Source: Eledone cirrhosa (lineage: Eukaryota). Taken from it: a stretch of 64,000 nt of DNA. Shown piece by piece: positions 17,824 to 31,532 of this stretch. Within the stretch, counting starts at the first letter, position 1, and the number at the start of each line of letters is the position of its first letter. The DNA lies in NCBI GenBank assembly GCA_964016885.1, contig OZ024756.1, positions 35,588,001-35,652,000 on the forward strand. Reading direction: 5' to 3'. The notes beneath the pieces were generated by a model, which saw nothing but the letters and a program-made list of their open reading frames with translations, had not been told where the DNA came from and did no database searches. Made by a program: the position numbers and the translations under genes.

Positions 17824-17874
17824 AGATTCCTGATGATTTCTAAAGAATGAAACAGTTCTAGTCCTGTAGAATCT
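17824..17874 (+). ncRNA. Type I hammerhead ribozyme motif
   Basis: AGATTC-CTGATGA-tTTCTaaAGAAt-GAAA-CAG ttctagtc CTG-TA-GAATCT: complete core and all three stems. Confidence 0.8.
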
Positions 17875-17886
17875 CATCTATATTAA

Positions 17887-17920
<34 letters not shown>

Positions 17921-17925
<5 letters not shown>

Positions 17926-18041
17926 AAGAAATTAAAAGACGGTTAGAAAAGTTCCATGTATTTTATTATGCGCATTTCAAAAACAAATGTCATCCATAAA
18001 ATACATGGAACTTTTCTAACCATCTTTTAATTTCTTCTTAT
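17921..18041. repeat. Inverted repeat with 46-bp arms
   Basis: Arms 17921-17966 and 17996-18041, with 1 mismatch. Confidence 0.9.
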
Positions 18042-18135
18042 ATATACTCCAGTCCAATAAACTGTTGAGTGCTACTTATCCGATATTTGCATTGCTTTAT
18101 TGTGTTACAATAAAACTCACCTCCTACATTATATA

Positions 18136-18173
<38 letters not shown>

Positions 18174-18590
18174 TCATCATCATCATCATCATCATCATTT
18201 AACATCCATCTTCCACGCTTGCATCGGTCTGGACGGGAGTTTTCCCACTTGAGGCAAGATTGGTTGTCCTGCTCATATAGGACTGTCTGGCGGGTTTTCT
18301 ACGGCTGGATGCCCTTCCTAACACCAACCATGTTTACAGTGTGGACTAGGAGGTTTTTACCGTGTTACCTACACGGCCACATTACAGCGTGGACTGTGTG
18401 TTTTTTTGTCGTGACACCTACACGTCTGGCGGGTTTTCTACGGCTGGATGCCCTTCCTAACACCAACCACCTTTACAGTGTGGACTGGGAGGTTTTTACC
18501 GTGTTACCTACACGGCCACATTACAGCGTGGACTGTGTGTTTTTTTGTCGTGACACCTACACGACCTCATTTGTTTCGGACTGGATGTTG
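18174..18590 (-). mobile_element. Non-autonomous RTE-tailed element with an internal tandem duplication of about 140 bp
   Basis: Shared core ctggatgcccttcctaacaccaacc and a (CAT)n end. Relatives at about 3210-3385, 3511-3767, 8505-8680, 17494-17665, 20905-21050, 33556-33805, 35902-36030, 36294-36713 and 51840-52115. Confidence 0.75.
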
Positions 18591-18928
18591 TGGTACCAAC
18601 ATAACTTCACATTTAAGAGGGTGGTGTGGATGGGGTGGGGGTAGTGGGACGGGTGTGTATTTTGTTAGAGGTGCCTACTGACTGTAGGTTTCGCTTTGTA
18701 CTTAGGCAAGGCGGGTCTTCTGTATAACTGTGTAGCGCCAAAGATCTATATTTATATATATATATGTATATATACATATATATATATGTATATATATATA
18801 TACAGACACAGGCAGACAGGCAGGCAGGATAATAGAGTGTATGTGGATGTTGACTGGATAAACCAGTGCAATAATTACACAATGACCAAGCATTATCATC
18901 TCCGTCATTACTGCTGTTACTGTTGTTA

Positions 18929-20120
18929 TGGTGGTGGTGGTGGTGGTGGTGGTGGTGTGGTGGTGTGGTGGAGATAGTGGTGGTGGTGGTGGTGGTGGTG
19001 TTGGTGGTGGTGATGTCAACCATCATTGCCACCACCATCACCACCAGCACCAGTACCACCAGCACCACTATCACCACCACCACCACCTCCACTATCACCA
19101 CCACCACCACCACCACCACCATCAGACCACCACCTCCACCTCCACTATCACCACCACCACCTCCACTATTACCACCACCACCTCCGCTATCACCACAAAC
19201 ACCACCACCACCACCACCACCACCACCACCACCAACACCACCACCACCACCAACACCACCACCACCAACACCACCACCACCAACACCACCACCACCAACA
19301 CCACCACCACCCCCACCGCCACCACCACCAACACCGCCACCACCACCACCACCACCGCCACCGCTACCACCACCACCACCACCACCACCAACACCACCAC
19401 CACCGCCACCACCGCCACCGCCACCACCGCCGCCACCACCACCAACACCGCCACCACCACCACCACCACCACCGCCACCGCTACCACCACCACCACCACC
19501 ACCACCAACACCAACACCACCGCCACCAACACCACCACCACCACCACCACCACCACCACCACCACCACCACCAACACCAACACCACCGCCACCAACACCA
19601 ACACCACCGCCACCACCACCACCACCACCACCACCACCACCACCACCACCACCACACCACCACCACCACCACCGCCACCGCCACCGCCACCACTGCCGCC
19701 ACCACCACCACCACCATCGTTATACTGTCTGGAAGGCAGCCAAAGCCATTAGTGCTGCTGTTGTTGTTGTTCACCACACAAGTGGAATTATTAATCTAGA
19801 CATCACAGCTACTTAACAAAAACAACTACTACTACTACTATACTACTACTACTACTATTACTACTACTACTCCTACTACTAACACCACCACCCCCACACC
19901 ACCACCACCACTACTACTACCACCCCACACCACCACCACCACTACTACCACCCCCACACCACCACCACCACCACCACTACAACTACCACCCCCACACCAC
20001 CACCACCACCACCACAACTACTACTACTACCACCACCACCACCACCACCACCACCACCACCACCACCACCACCACTACTACTACCACCCCCACACCACCA
20101 CCACCACCACTACTACTACA
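18929..20120. repeat. (GGT)n followed by a long (CAC)n tract
   Basis: Direct reading. Confidence 0.92.
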
Positions 20121-20551
20121 TCAAAGTAGCACTTACAACACCAGTGACAACATATAGCCAGCAGTTACAACAACAACATTATAACAACACCAGTGAGGTT
20201 AACTTATATTAGTTGAAGATTTCCCATGATTTTGCATCCTATTTGAAATTCTTTCTGTCCATAATTGTTGACTTTGTTATCATTGTAATTTATATAGGCA
20301 CAAGGCCAGCAATTTTGTGGAAGGGGAAAGTCGATTAAATCGACCCCAGTGCGTGGCTGGTACTTTATTTTATCAACCCCATAAGGATGAGAGGCAAAGG
20401 TAACCTCGGTGGGATGTGGAAATAAACTCAGATCAAACCGATCTTGAAACAATTCCTGATGCTCTCAGTATAAAACCATAAATAAATTTTGGAAATAATT
20501 TTAAAAATCTTTTTCTTTTAAAGATTTTAAGATTTCTAATTATGTAACTAT

Positions 20552-20890
20552 GGAGGCACATGGCTTAGTGGTTAGAGCATTGGCCTTGCAATCGAAAGGT
20601 TGTGAGTTCAATTCTCAGACCGGGTGATGTGTTGTTTCCTTGAGCATGACACTTTATTTCACATTGCTCCAGTTTACTCAGCTGTAGAAATGAGATGCTA
20701 GGGACTGGGGTCTCTATCATTCCACTGCAAAGTGGTCGTGGAGGTGCCACGGCAAAAAAGCACCCAGCACTCACTGTAAATGAGGTTGGTGTTAGGAAGG
20801 GCATCCAGCTGTAGAAATCAAGCCAGAATCAGTTCCCGTCCCACCCTTGCAAGCAGGGAAAAGCAGACGTAAAATGATGATGATGATGAT
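20552..20890 (+). mobile_element. SINE family B copy
   Basis: Near-identical reverse complement of 644-978, with a (GAT)n tail. Confidence 0.88.
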
Positions 20891-21220
20891 ATATATATAT
20901 ATGCGTTAGGAAGGGCATCCAGCCATAGAAAACCTGCCAGAAACTCTCCTATGTGAGCGACACACGGTCACCTGACCCAACTTGCCTCTAATTAGGACTA
21001 ACCCGTCTAACCCATGCTAGCGTGGAAGATAAATGTCAATCGACGACGACGACAATGGGGATGATGACGATGATGATGATGATGATGACGATGATGATGA
21101 TGATGATGATGTTGATGATGATGGTGATGACAATAATGATGATGATGATGATATATACCATTAAAAACCACTCCTCACTCCTCACACTCACACTCACACT
21201 CACTCTCTCTCCACCAACAG

Positions 21221-21349
21221 GTATATATTCCTTGGTATCTACACTATGGAAATGGCCATAAAACTAGTTGCAAGGGGATTCTTCATTGATAAATACACTT
21301 ACCTCAGAGACCCATGGAATTGTTTGGATTTTACTGTTATCATGATTTC
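21221..21349 (+). CDS. Nav2: Nav exon DI-S2/S3 ([44 protein letters not shown])
   Basis: ccaccaacag|G ... TC|gtaagt; 129 nt, phase matches both neighbours; ARGF and LRDPWN.LDF motifs. Confidence 0.96.
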
Positions 21350-21444
21350 GTAAGTATGAACACTTTTACTTCTTCTATGTTGTCTCTACATCAACAATCT
21401 ACATGTGTATATATTATATTTATGTATGTTTGAATGTGTGTATA

Positions 21445-21489
<45 letters not shown>

Positions 21490-21561
21490 ATGTTCAAGAC
21501 CCCGACGGCAGAGCTCAAGCCCTTTTGATGGCTATTTCTTAATATATACATATATTTCTTA

Positions 21562-21593
<32 letters not shown>

Positions 21594-21660
21594 ATATTAA
21601 ATAAATGGAAACTATATTTATAAAACCATATTAAATTTTATTAGAAGACTTCAAATAAAA

Positions 21661-21733
21661 TTTCGTTCTGATGAGCGATTTCAGACGTCTGTGTCGAGCT
21701 TGTCTGTCTTTGTGAAACCTTTGGTAAATGGAA
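21661..21733 (+). ncRNA. Type I hammerhead motif
   Basis: TTTCGTT-CTGATGA-gcga..cagac..gtctg..ttgt-GAAA-CCtttGG-TA-AATGGAA. Confidence 0.62.
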
Positions 21734-22059
21734 AAATTGTCTTATGTTGTTTAATACATAACTAAATAGCTCTGTAGCCTACATAGAGCACTCTCCTTTC
21801 CTTTACCTTTCCTACGGAAACACTTAATATATACATAATATATATATATATATATATCAGATAGGGTGTGGTAAAATACCAGGTGGACCATAACCCACCA
21901 GAGTACTCAATACTTGGGGTAGTAGAGTGGGTAATATGAAAAGATTCAGGACTCTGATGGCAGAGCTCTGGCTGTTTCAACAGCTAAATCAGCTTCACCA
22001 CATATTTCCATCATTTTCTAAAAGTTCCTTTGACTTTGAGTGATCTACATTTCTTTATA

Positions 22060-22620
22060 CAGCTGTCATCCTTGATACGTATTACATGTCCATACCATCA
22101 CAGTCTCTTCTCCTGCACACTGCACCCGATGCCTTTTATACTCAGGTTTTTCTCTCAGCTCATTGATACTTCATTGCTCATGTGAACAACTATTACACAT
22201 CCATTGGAGCATGCTTGCTTCATTTCTTTCCTGTCCTCCATTCACAAAGCCCACTATCATGTAGCATTGCTGTTCACTTGCAAATATCATACAATCTGCC
22301 TTTCATTTTGAGAGTGAGATCCTTTGTAACCAGTAATGGTAGTACCTCTCTGAACTTTCAGAACACCAACCTCTATTGCTCATTTGGTCCTACATGAAGT
22401 AGAAGCTGTCAACTACCTCTAGGGAGCCATCTGAGTAATTGATAGGGCTTGTTTCCTGTGGGGTCTTGTTGCTTACCGCTGTAGGTGCATCAGATACATA
22501 CAAAGCCTACATCTTTGCTAGCCTGCCTACGTTCCCACTACATCTTTAGTGTACCCATAGCTTACATTTTGTATGTAAGATGGAGTCTTTACCTACTCCT
22601 TTCCTGCATACTGAGCAAGG
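22060..22620 (-). mobile_element. Diverged RTE LINE fragment
   Basis: attacatgtccataccatcacagtctc resembles the reverse complement of the RLRWYGHV region; decayed. Confidence 0.6.
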
Positions 22621-23654
22621 CCATTTCCCTGAAGAAGTCAGGGAATAATTTAATAATAATAATAATAATAATAACAATAATAATAATAATTTGCCCTAGG
22701 TGTCAGGAAGACACTCGGCATATATCTCAGAAACAATAATTGTTTCTACTTTTGGCACAAGGCTAGCAATTATCCCAGTGTATCACTGGTACTTTATTTT
22801 ATCGACCCCGTAAGGATGAAAGGCAAAGTTAACCTCGGCGGGATTTGAACTCAGTCCGTAAAGGGACGTAACTGTGCTGCAAAGCATAGCGTCCGACCCT
22901 CTACCGATACTGCCAATCCCCCAATATCTCAGGAACAATAATGAAAGAAAATAAAAATAATAATAATAATGACAATGATGATGATGATGATAGCAATGGT
23001 TTCTAAGATAGGCAGTGAAACAACAATTATAAAGAAATAAATTAATTAAAATTTATCTAATTACATTAATTGTTCAATTAGTGATTTAATTAAGTGGGAA
23101 GGAAGAAGAAAAAGGAGGAGGAGAAAGAGGAGGGACCACTACCACCATACCACCACCATTACCACTACCATTATTGCCATCATCACTGCCATATAACCAC
23201 CACTACTATTACCACCACCACCACCACCACCTCCACATCACTATCACCACTGCTACTGCCCTCACTGCCACCATACCACCACCACCACCATCACCACCAC
23301 TACCATCACCCCTAGCACTACCATTATCACCACCACCACTTCTAACACCACCACTGCCACAATCACCATCACTACTCTTACCACTACCACCACCGCCACC
23401 ACATCACCATCACCACTGCTACTGCCACCATACCACCGCCACTACCACCACTACCACCACCACCACCAGCACTGATACCGCCACCACTGCCACCATCACT
23501 GTTACTCTGTAGTCACAATGTTATATATAGAAGCATTGACCAGAAGTAAAATAATTGAAATTGAATGAGTTATGAAACCAAAGAAGGGGAGGTGAGAGTG
23601 GTGGGTGGAGTAGTAGGATTGGGTGAGATCAACTTCAGTTCAAGTGTGACTTAA

Positions 23655-24070
23655 ATTAACACTCAATACAACTACAGTTAACACTCAATACAACTATAGT
23701 TAAGACTTAGTACAATTGTAGTTTACACTCAATACAACTACAATTAACACTCAATACAACTACAGTTAACACTCAATACAACTGTAGTTTACACTCAATA
23801 CAACTATAGTTAAGACTTAATACAACTGTGGTTTACACTCAATACAACTGTGGTTTACACTCAATACAACTGTAGTTTACACTCAACACAACTGTGGTTT
23901 ACACTCAACACAACTGTGGTTTACACTCAACACTACTGTAGTTAACACTCAACACAACTGTAGTTAACACTCAATAGAACTATAGTTAAGACTTAGTACA
24001 ACTGTAGTTTACACTCAACACAACTGTAGTTAAGACTTATTACAACTTTAGTTAAGACTCAGTAGAACTC
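23655..24070. repeat. 22-bp minisatellite
   Basis: (tacactcaatacaactgtagtt)n. Confidence 0.88.
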
Positions 24071-24074
24071 TAGT

Positions 24075-24310
24075 GGAGGCATGTGACCTAGTGGTAATGG
24101 TATTGGACTTAATGTTGTGGGTTCGATTCCTGGGCTGGGTTCTGTGTTGTCTTCTGGAGCAAAAAGCACTTCATTTCATGTTACTCCAGTATACTCAGCT
24201 GAAAATGAGTACCAGCAGTAGCTGGGGGTTTAACCCTGCGATGGACTGGCGTCCTGTCCAGAGGGGTAAGCTCCAGCCTGATGAGCCTCCGAGCTCGAGA
24301 CAGACTTGGA
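24075..24310 (+). mobile_element. SINE family B-related variant with a different 3' half
   Basis: ggaggcatgtgacctagtggt...ggttcgattcc...gagcaaaaagcacttcatttca...ctcagctg; a similar head lies at 16733-16861 (-). Confidence 0.65.
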
Positions 24311-24668
24311 CTTTTAGAAATATATTTAACAATTTTGTAGTCCTCAGTACAAGTGTGACTATAGTTAACAATCCGTCCAACCCTTTTCAACATAGTTTCT
24401 GCAGCTGGATGGCTTTCCTACTGCCAACCATTTTACAGAGTGTACTGGGTGCATTTTATCATTGCACCAGCACTAGGAGGTTGTCATGTCCTTGACATAG
24501 AAGTATGACATTTCTGCTACCAAAAGTAACTGCTGTGGCCTAGGGTGAGGCATTGAGTGACACTTTGGTCCCCAATATATATATTTTTACAACCCCAATA
24601 TATATATATTTACAACCCAAACATGTACAAAAATAAATATTAAAACAATATCATCTGGCTATCATTAA

Positions 24669-24963
24669 CCCTTTTGGTTCCATACTGCCTGAAACTGCTC
24701 TGGTTGTGCAATAGAAAACTGTATATCTTAAAGTATTTATGTTTATATGAAAACCTTCATGATAATTTGATGTAAGAACCTTTCTTAAGTTATGTTCCAA
24801 ACGCCAGCTTAATAATGAGAAAATTAGTTATTAGAAAATTAGTTATTAGAAAATTAGTTATTAGAAAATTAGTTATTAGAAAATTAGTAATTCTTCATTG
24901 CTTCCAAAAAGATTTGAAAACCATGGGGCAGTGTCTTTCATTACAAATATAGTAATGAAAGGG
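24669..24963 (+). mobile_element. piggyBac-type MITE (family 2), sharing a TTAA with the family 1 copy
   Basis: TTAA|CCCTTT ... AAAGGG|TTAA; related sequence at about 13527-14075. Confidence 0.7.
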
Positions 24964-24967
24964 TTAA

Positions 24968-25190
24968 CCCTTTAGCATTTACATTACTCTATATTTACTA
25001 TTGTATTTTCACAATAAAAGCTTTATTTCACATAATTATCTCACATAATATCATATCTATGAGATTTTGATATTATTTATTTTGAGAACAATACCTTAAC
25101 ATAAGTATAAGCAGCCAGTTACAGCCGGTTTGAACAGAAATAGGTGAGAGAATTCTGGCCAGATATATGGTCGGTTTAAATGCTAAAGGG
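24968..25190 (+). mobile_element. piggyBac-type MITE (family 1)
   Basis: TTAA on both sides; terminal inverted repeats CCCTTTAGCATTTA / TAAATGCTAAAGGG. Confidence 0.88.
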
Positions 25191-25483
25191 TTAAAGGTGG
25201 CAACAGATCTTCTCATTCCCAGAATAGATGACCAAAGATAAAGGATAGATCCATCCAGAAGTTAATAGTAAAGGCGTCGGTTAGATAATCTCTATAATCC
25301 AAGAGTGGATTAAATGTGAGACCGAAGGCTGGAAGTGAGGAACGTCTTGAAGTAAACATTACTATTTACTACAGACAACTTCATTTTTCAAGACTTCCAA
25401 AGAAAAGGATTTCGCAATTATTTTTCTTCTTTTAATCTGTTTAGTCCATATCAAGTACAGACATAAGCTAATTCTTGTGAAAC

Positions 25484-27856
25484 TACACTACACCATACCA
25501 TATCATACCATACCACACTACACCATACCATACCACACTACACCATACCATATCATACCATACCACACTACATCGTACCATACCACACTACACCATACCA
25601 CATCATACCATACCACATTACACCATACCATACCACACCACACCATACCATACCACACTACACCATACCATACCACACTACACCATACCATACCACATTA
25701 CACCATACCATACCACACTACACCATACCATACCACACTACACCATACCATACCACACTACACCATACCATATCATACCATACCACACTATACCATACCA
25801 CACTACACCATACCATATCATACCATACCACACTACACCATACCATACCACACTACACCATACCATACCACACTACACCATACCATACCACACTACACCA
25901 TACCATACCACACTACACCATACCATATCATACCATACCACACTACACCATACCATACCACACTACATCATACCATATCATACCATACCACACTACACCA
26001 TACCATACCACACTACACCATACCATATCATACCATACCACACTACACCATACCATACCACACTACACCATACCATATCATACCATACCACACTACACCA
26101 TACCATACCACACTACACCATACCACACTACACCATACCATACCACACTACACCATACCACACTACAACATACCATATCATACCATACCACACTACACCA
26201 TACCATACCACACTACACCATACCATACCACACTGCACCATACCATACCACACCAAACTATACCATATCATACTACCCCACACTACACCATACTATACCA
26301 TACCATAGCACACCATACCATACCATATACCACACTACACCATACCATACCATACCACACTACACCATGCCATACCACACTACACCATACCACACCACAC
26401 CATATCATACCACACCACACTACACCATACCATACCATACCACACCATACTATACCATCACCAACGCCAACACTATCACCACCAACACCATCACCAACAT
26501 CATCACCACCACCATCACCACCACCATCACCACCTCCACCATCACCACCACCATCACCAACACCACCATCACCACCACCAACACCACCATCACCACCTCC
26601 TCCATCACCAACACCACCATCACCACCACCACCACCACCATCAGCAGCAGCACCATCACCACCACCATCACCACCATCACCACCAACACCATCACCACCA
26701 ACATCACCACCACCAACACCATCACCACCATCATTACGACGACCACCAACACCACCACCAACACCATCACCACCACCACCACCACTACAATTCCAGCAGC
26801 AACAAGAGAAAAAATTTGGTTATTTTTCGATTATTCCTCGGCACGTGTGCACACAAACACCCACACATACACCCACACATACACACACATACACACACAC
26901 ATACACACACACACATACAGACACACCAACGCACATATACACACACATACACAAACACACACACACACACACCAACACACCAACACACCAACACACACAC
27001 ACACACACACCAACACACCAACACACCAACACACACACACCAACACACCACACCAATACACACACACCAACACACAAACACACACACACACACCAACACA
27101 CCAACACACACACACACCAACACACACATCAACACACACACACCAACACACACACACACACCAACCCACCAACACACACCAACACACCAACACACACACC
27201 AACACACACACACACCAACACACACATCAACACACACACACCAACACACACACACACCAACACACCAACACACACACACACCAACACACCAACACACACA
27301 CCAACACACACACACCAACACACACACACACACACCAACACACCAACACACACACACACACCAACACACACACACACACCAACACACACACACACACACA
27401 CCAACACACCAACACACACACACACACCAACACACACACACACACCAACACACACACACACACACACACCAACACACACACACACCAACACACACACACA
27501 CCAACACACACACACACACACCAACACACACACCAACACACCAACACACACACACCAACACACACACACACACCAACACACCAACACACACATCAACACA
27601 CACACACACACACCAACACACCAACACACACACCAACACACACACACACACACCAACACACACACCAACACACACACACACCAACACACCAACACACACA
27701 CACACCAACACACCAACACACACCAACACACACACACACCAACACACCAACACACACACCAACACACACACACACCAACACACCAACACACACACCAACA
27801 CACACCAACACACACCAACACACACACCAACACACACCAACACACACACACACCAA
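25484..27856. repeat. (TACCA/CACCA)n, (CAC)n and interrupted (CA)n compound tract
   Basis: Direct reading. Confidence 0.92.
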
Positions 27857-28135
27857 TACAGCCTATGTCCAATATTCTGTCTGAAACAATATTAATTTCT
27901 TCAGTTATTCTTGTCTCTCACTTTATAACATTGTGTCATTAACGTCTCTGGTGTACTGGACACACACGCATGAACATGTGTGTGTGTCTTTGTGTGTGTC
28001 TGTGTGTCTGTGTGTCTGTGTATGTGTGTATATGTGTGTGTCTGTATGTGTGTATGTGTGTCTATCCTATTAAACAAGTGGCAACGGTTATTTCACTTGT
28101 CTTTGAAGCTTAACCCTTTAGCATTTAAACTGGCC

Positions 28136-28368
28136 TGGCTTAGTGGTTAGAGCATTGGGCTTGCAATCGAAAGGTTGTGAGTTCAATTCTCAGACCGGTT
28201 TGCTCAGCTGGAGAAATGAGATGATAGGACTGGGGTCCCTATCATTAAATTACCCAAGACACCTCCAGCGAGATATACCTTACAGGAGGCCAGCTAAACC
28301 TGCATAGGTGTGAGCTGTTTCACACACACATATAGGTGTGAGCTGTCACACACACACACACACACACA
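28136..28368 (+). mobile_element. SINE B-headed element with a (CA)n tail inserted in a MITE
   Basis: Family B head; flanked by catttaaactggcc and catttaatctggcc (TSD with 1 mismatch). Confidence 0.7.
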
Positions 28369-28519
28369 CATTTAATCTGGCCATATCCGGCCAGAATTCT
28401 CTCGCCTTTTTCTGTTCAAACCGACTATAACTGGCCACTCATACTGATGTTAAGGTATTGTTCTCAAAATAACTAATAACAAAATCTCATAGATTCAATA
28501 TTATATGAGATAAATATGT

Positions 28520-29940
28520 GACAAAAATACAATAGTAAATATAGAGTAATGTAAATGTTATGTGAGATGTTATGTTATGTAAAGTCTTTACCACAAAAAT
28601 ACAATAGTATATAAAGAGTAATGTAAATGTTATGTGAGATAATTATGTTAGGTAAAGTCTTTACCACAAAAATACAATAGTAAATATAGAGTAATGTAAA
28701 TGTTATGTGAGATATTATGTGAGGTAAAGCCTTTACCACAAAAATACAATAGTAAATATAGAGTAATGTAAATGTTATGTGAGGTATTATGTTATGTAAA
28801 GTCTTTACCATGAAAATACAATAGTAAATATAGAGTAATGTAAATGTTATGTGAGATAATTATGTTATGTAAAGTCTTTACCATGAAAATACAATAGTAA
28901 ATATAGAGTAATGTAAATGTTATGTGACATAATTATGTTATGTAAAGTCTTTACCACAAAAATACAATAGTATATATAGAGTAATGTAAATGTTATGTGA
29001 GATAATTATGTTATGTAAAGTCTTTACCATGAAAATACAATAGTAAATATAGAGTAATGTAAATGTTATGTGAGATAATTATGTTATGTAAAGTCTTTAC
29101 CATGAAAATACAATAGTAAATATAGAGTAATGTAAATGTTATGTGAGATATTATGTGAGGTAAAGTCTTTACCACAAAAATACAATAGTAAATATAGAGT
29201 AATGTAAATGTTATGTGAGATATTATGTTATGTAAAGTCTTTACCACAAAAATACAATAGTAAATATAGAGTAATGTAAATGTTATGTGAGATATTATGT
29301 TATGTAAAGTCTTTACCACAAAAATACAATAGTAAATATAGAGTAATGTAAATGTCATGTGAGGTAATTATGTTATGTAAAGCCTTTACCACAAAAATAC
29401 AATAGTAAATATAGAGTAATCTAAATGTTATGTGAGGTAATTATGTTAGGTAAAGTCTTTACCACAAAAATACAATAGTAAATATAGAGTAATGTAAATG
29501 TTATGTGAGGTAATTATGTTATGTAAAGCCTTTACCACAAAAATACAATAGTAAATATAGAGTAATGTAAATGTTATGTGAGGTAATTATGTTATGTAAA
29601 GCCTTTACCACAAAAATATAATAGTAAATATAGAGTAATGTAAATGTTATGTGAGGTAATTATGTTATGTAAAGCCTTTACCACAAAAATACAATAGTAA
29701 ATATAGAGTAATGTAAATGTTATGTGAGATAATTATGTTATGTAAAGTCTTTACCATGAAAATACAATAGTAAATATAGAGTAATGTAAATGTTATGTGA
29801 GGTAATTATGTTAGGTAAAGTCTTTACCACAAAAATACAATAGTAAATATAGAGTAATGTAAATGTTAGGTGAGGTAATTATGTTACGTAAAGTCTTTAC
29901 CACAAAAATACAATAGTAAATATAGAGTAATGTAAATGCT
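28520..29940 (-). repeat. 72-73 bp tandem array (about 19-20 copies) inside a MITE family 1 copy (28114-29946)
   Basis: Unit aaagtctttaccacaaaaatacaatagtaaatatagagtaatgtaaatgttatgtgagataattatgttatgt, which is the MITE subterminal segment. Confidence 0.92.
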
Positions 29941-30028
29941 AACAGGATAAAGCTGTCACAGTTTTGGATGGGTTTGTATCGAAAGGGTTAGAAGTTGTTT
30001 GATTTGTCTTTGATTGTTTTCTCCACAG

Positions 30029-30138
30029 ATATGTCACCCTCATTCTTCAAACTATCAACGACAAGGTAGTCAGTGATATCACTGGTCTACGAACATTCCG
30101 AGTTTTGCGAGCACTACGAACACTTTCTATTATTCCAG
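30029..30138 (+). CDS. Nav2: Nav exon DI S3-S4 voltage sensor (SYVTLILQTINDKVVSDITGLRTFRVLRALRTLSIIPG)
   Basis: ttttctccacag|A ... G|gtaagt; 110 nt; RxxRxxRxxR S4 motif. Confidence 0.96.
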
Positions 30139-30151
30139 GTAAGTACACACA

Positions 30152-30838
30152 CAGTCATGTATGTCACAGTTATATCATACATCATGTTACAGTCTGTTAC
30201 AGTTATATCATACATCATGTTTCAGTCTGTTACAGTTATATCATACATCATGTTACAGTCTGTTACAGTTATATCATACATCATGTTACAGTCTGTTACA
30301 GTTATATCATACATCATGTTACAGTCTTGTTACAGCCATGTTACAGTTATGTTATGGTCATAATACAGTCATGTCACAGTTATATCATACATAATGTTAC
30401 AGTCTGTTACAATCATGTCACAGTTATATCATACATCATGTTACAGTTTGTTACAGTCATGTTACAGTCATGTTACAGTCTGTTACAGTCTGTTACAGTC
30501 TTGTTACAGCCATGTTACAGTTATGTTATGGTCATAATACAGTCATGTCACAGTTATATCATACATAATGTTACAGTCTGTTACAATCATGTCACAGTTA
30601 TATCATACATCATGTTACAGTTTGTTACAGTCATGTTACATCCATGTTACAGTTATGTTACGGTCATGTTACAGTCATGTCACCGTATTATCATACATCA
30701 TGTTACAGTCTGTTACAATTATGTTACAGTCTGTTACAGTCATGTTACAGTCTGTTACAGTCATGTTACAGCCATGTTATGGTCATGTTACAGTCATGTC
30801 ACAGTATTATCATACTTCATGTTACAGTCATGTTACAG
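30152..30838. repeat. GTTACAGTC-based minisatellite next to the S4 exon
   Basis: Units of 10-11 bp and about 33 bp. Confidence 0.88.
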
Positions 30839-31162
30839 TAAATGCTCTCCTCCTCCTCCTCTCTCTCTCTCTATCTCTCTCTCCCTCCCTCTCCCCCTCT
30901 CTCTCTATATGTATATGTGCTATGTCTATAAACCCTGCCATATCTACACCCTAGCCCTCTGTCTCTCTGTCTCCAGGTCTAAGGACTATGGTAAATGCTC
31001 TCCTCCCCTCTCTCTCTCCCTCTCTCTGTCTCTCTCTCCCCCTCTCCCCCTCTCTCTCTCTATATATATATATGTGCTATGTCTATAAACCCTGCCATAT
31101 CTACACCCTGCTCCTCTGTTTCTCTGTCTCCAGGTCTAAAGACTATGGTAAATGCTCTTCTC

Positions 31163-31198
<36 letters not shown>

Positions 31199-31319
31199 TC
31201 CTCTCTCTCTCTCTCTCTCTCTCTCTCCCCCTCCCTCTCTCTCTATATATATATATGTGCTGTGTCTATAAACCCTGCCATATCTTCTACACCCTGCTCC
31301 TCTGTTTCTCTCTCTCCAG

Positions 31320-31532
31320 GTCTAAAGACTATGGTAAATGCTCTTCTCCGAGCTCTTCGCATGTTAATATCTGTGTTGATTCTGATCCTGTTTTGCCTGT
31401 GGATCTTCTCCCAAGCTGGGGTCCAACTATTCGGAGGAACCCTGCGCCACAAATGTGTCTTACAAATATACGGAAGTCCAGGATTTGGCAAAACTTATGA
31501 TGAGTTTTATGCAGAACATATATTGAACAGTG
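31320..31532 (+). CDS. Nav2: Nav exon DI S4-S5 linker, S5 and turret (GLKTMVNALLRALRMLISVLILILFCLWIFSQAGVQLFGGTLRHKCVLQIYGSPGFGKTYDEFYAEHILNS)
   Basis: tctctccag|GT ... G|gtaagt; 213 nt; G.QLF.G.LR.KC motif. Confidence 0.95.

Noticed and set aside
18923-19816. Poly-Pro/Thr/His ORFs (also 38731-40127)
   Set aside because: (CAC)n tracts inside introns, with no splice or homology support.
20552-20625. tRNA gene
   Set aside because: A and B boxes are present, but there is no acceptor stem or terminator and the sequence continues into a SINE body.
25477-27942. 821-aa ORF and overlapping long ORFs
   Set aside because: Translations of pentanucleotide, trinucleotide and CA repeats that lack stop codons; no domain content.
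28520-29940. CRISPR-like regular array
   Set aside because: Head-to-tail units with no unique spacers; MITE-derived; eukaryotic context.
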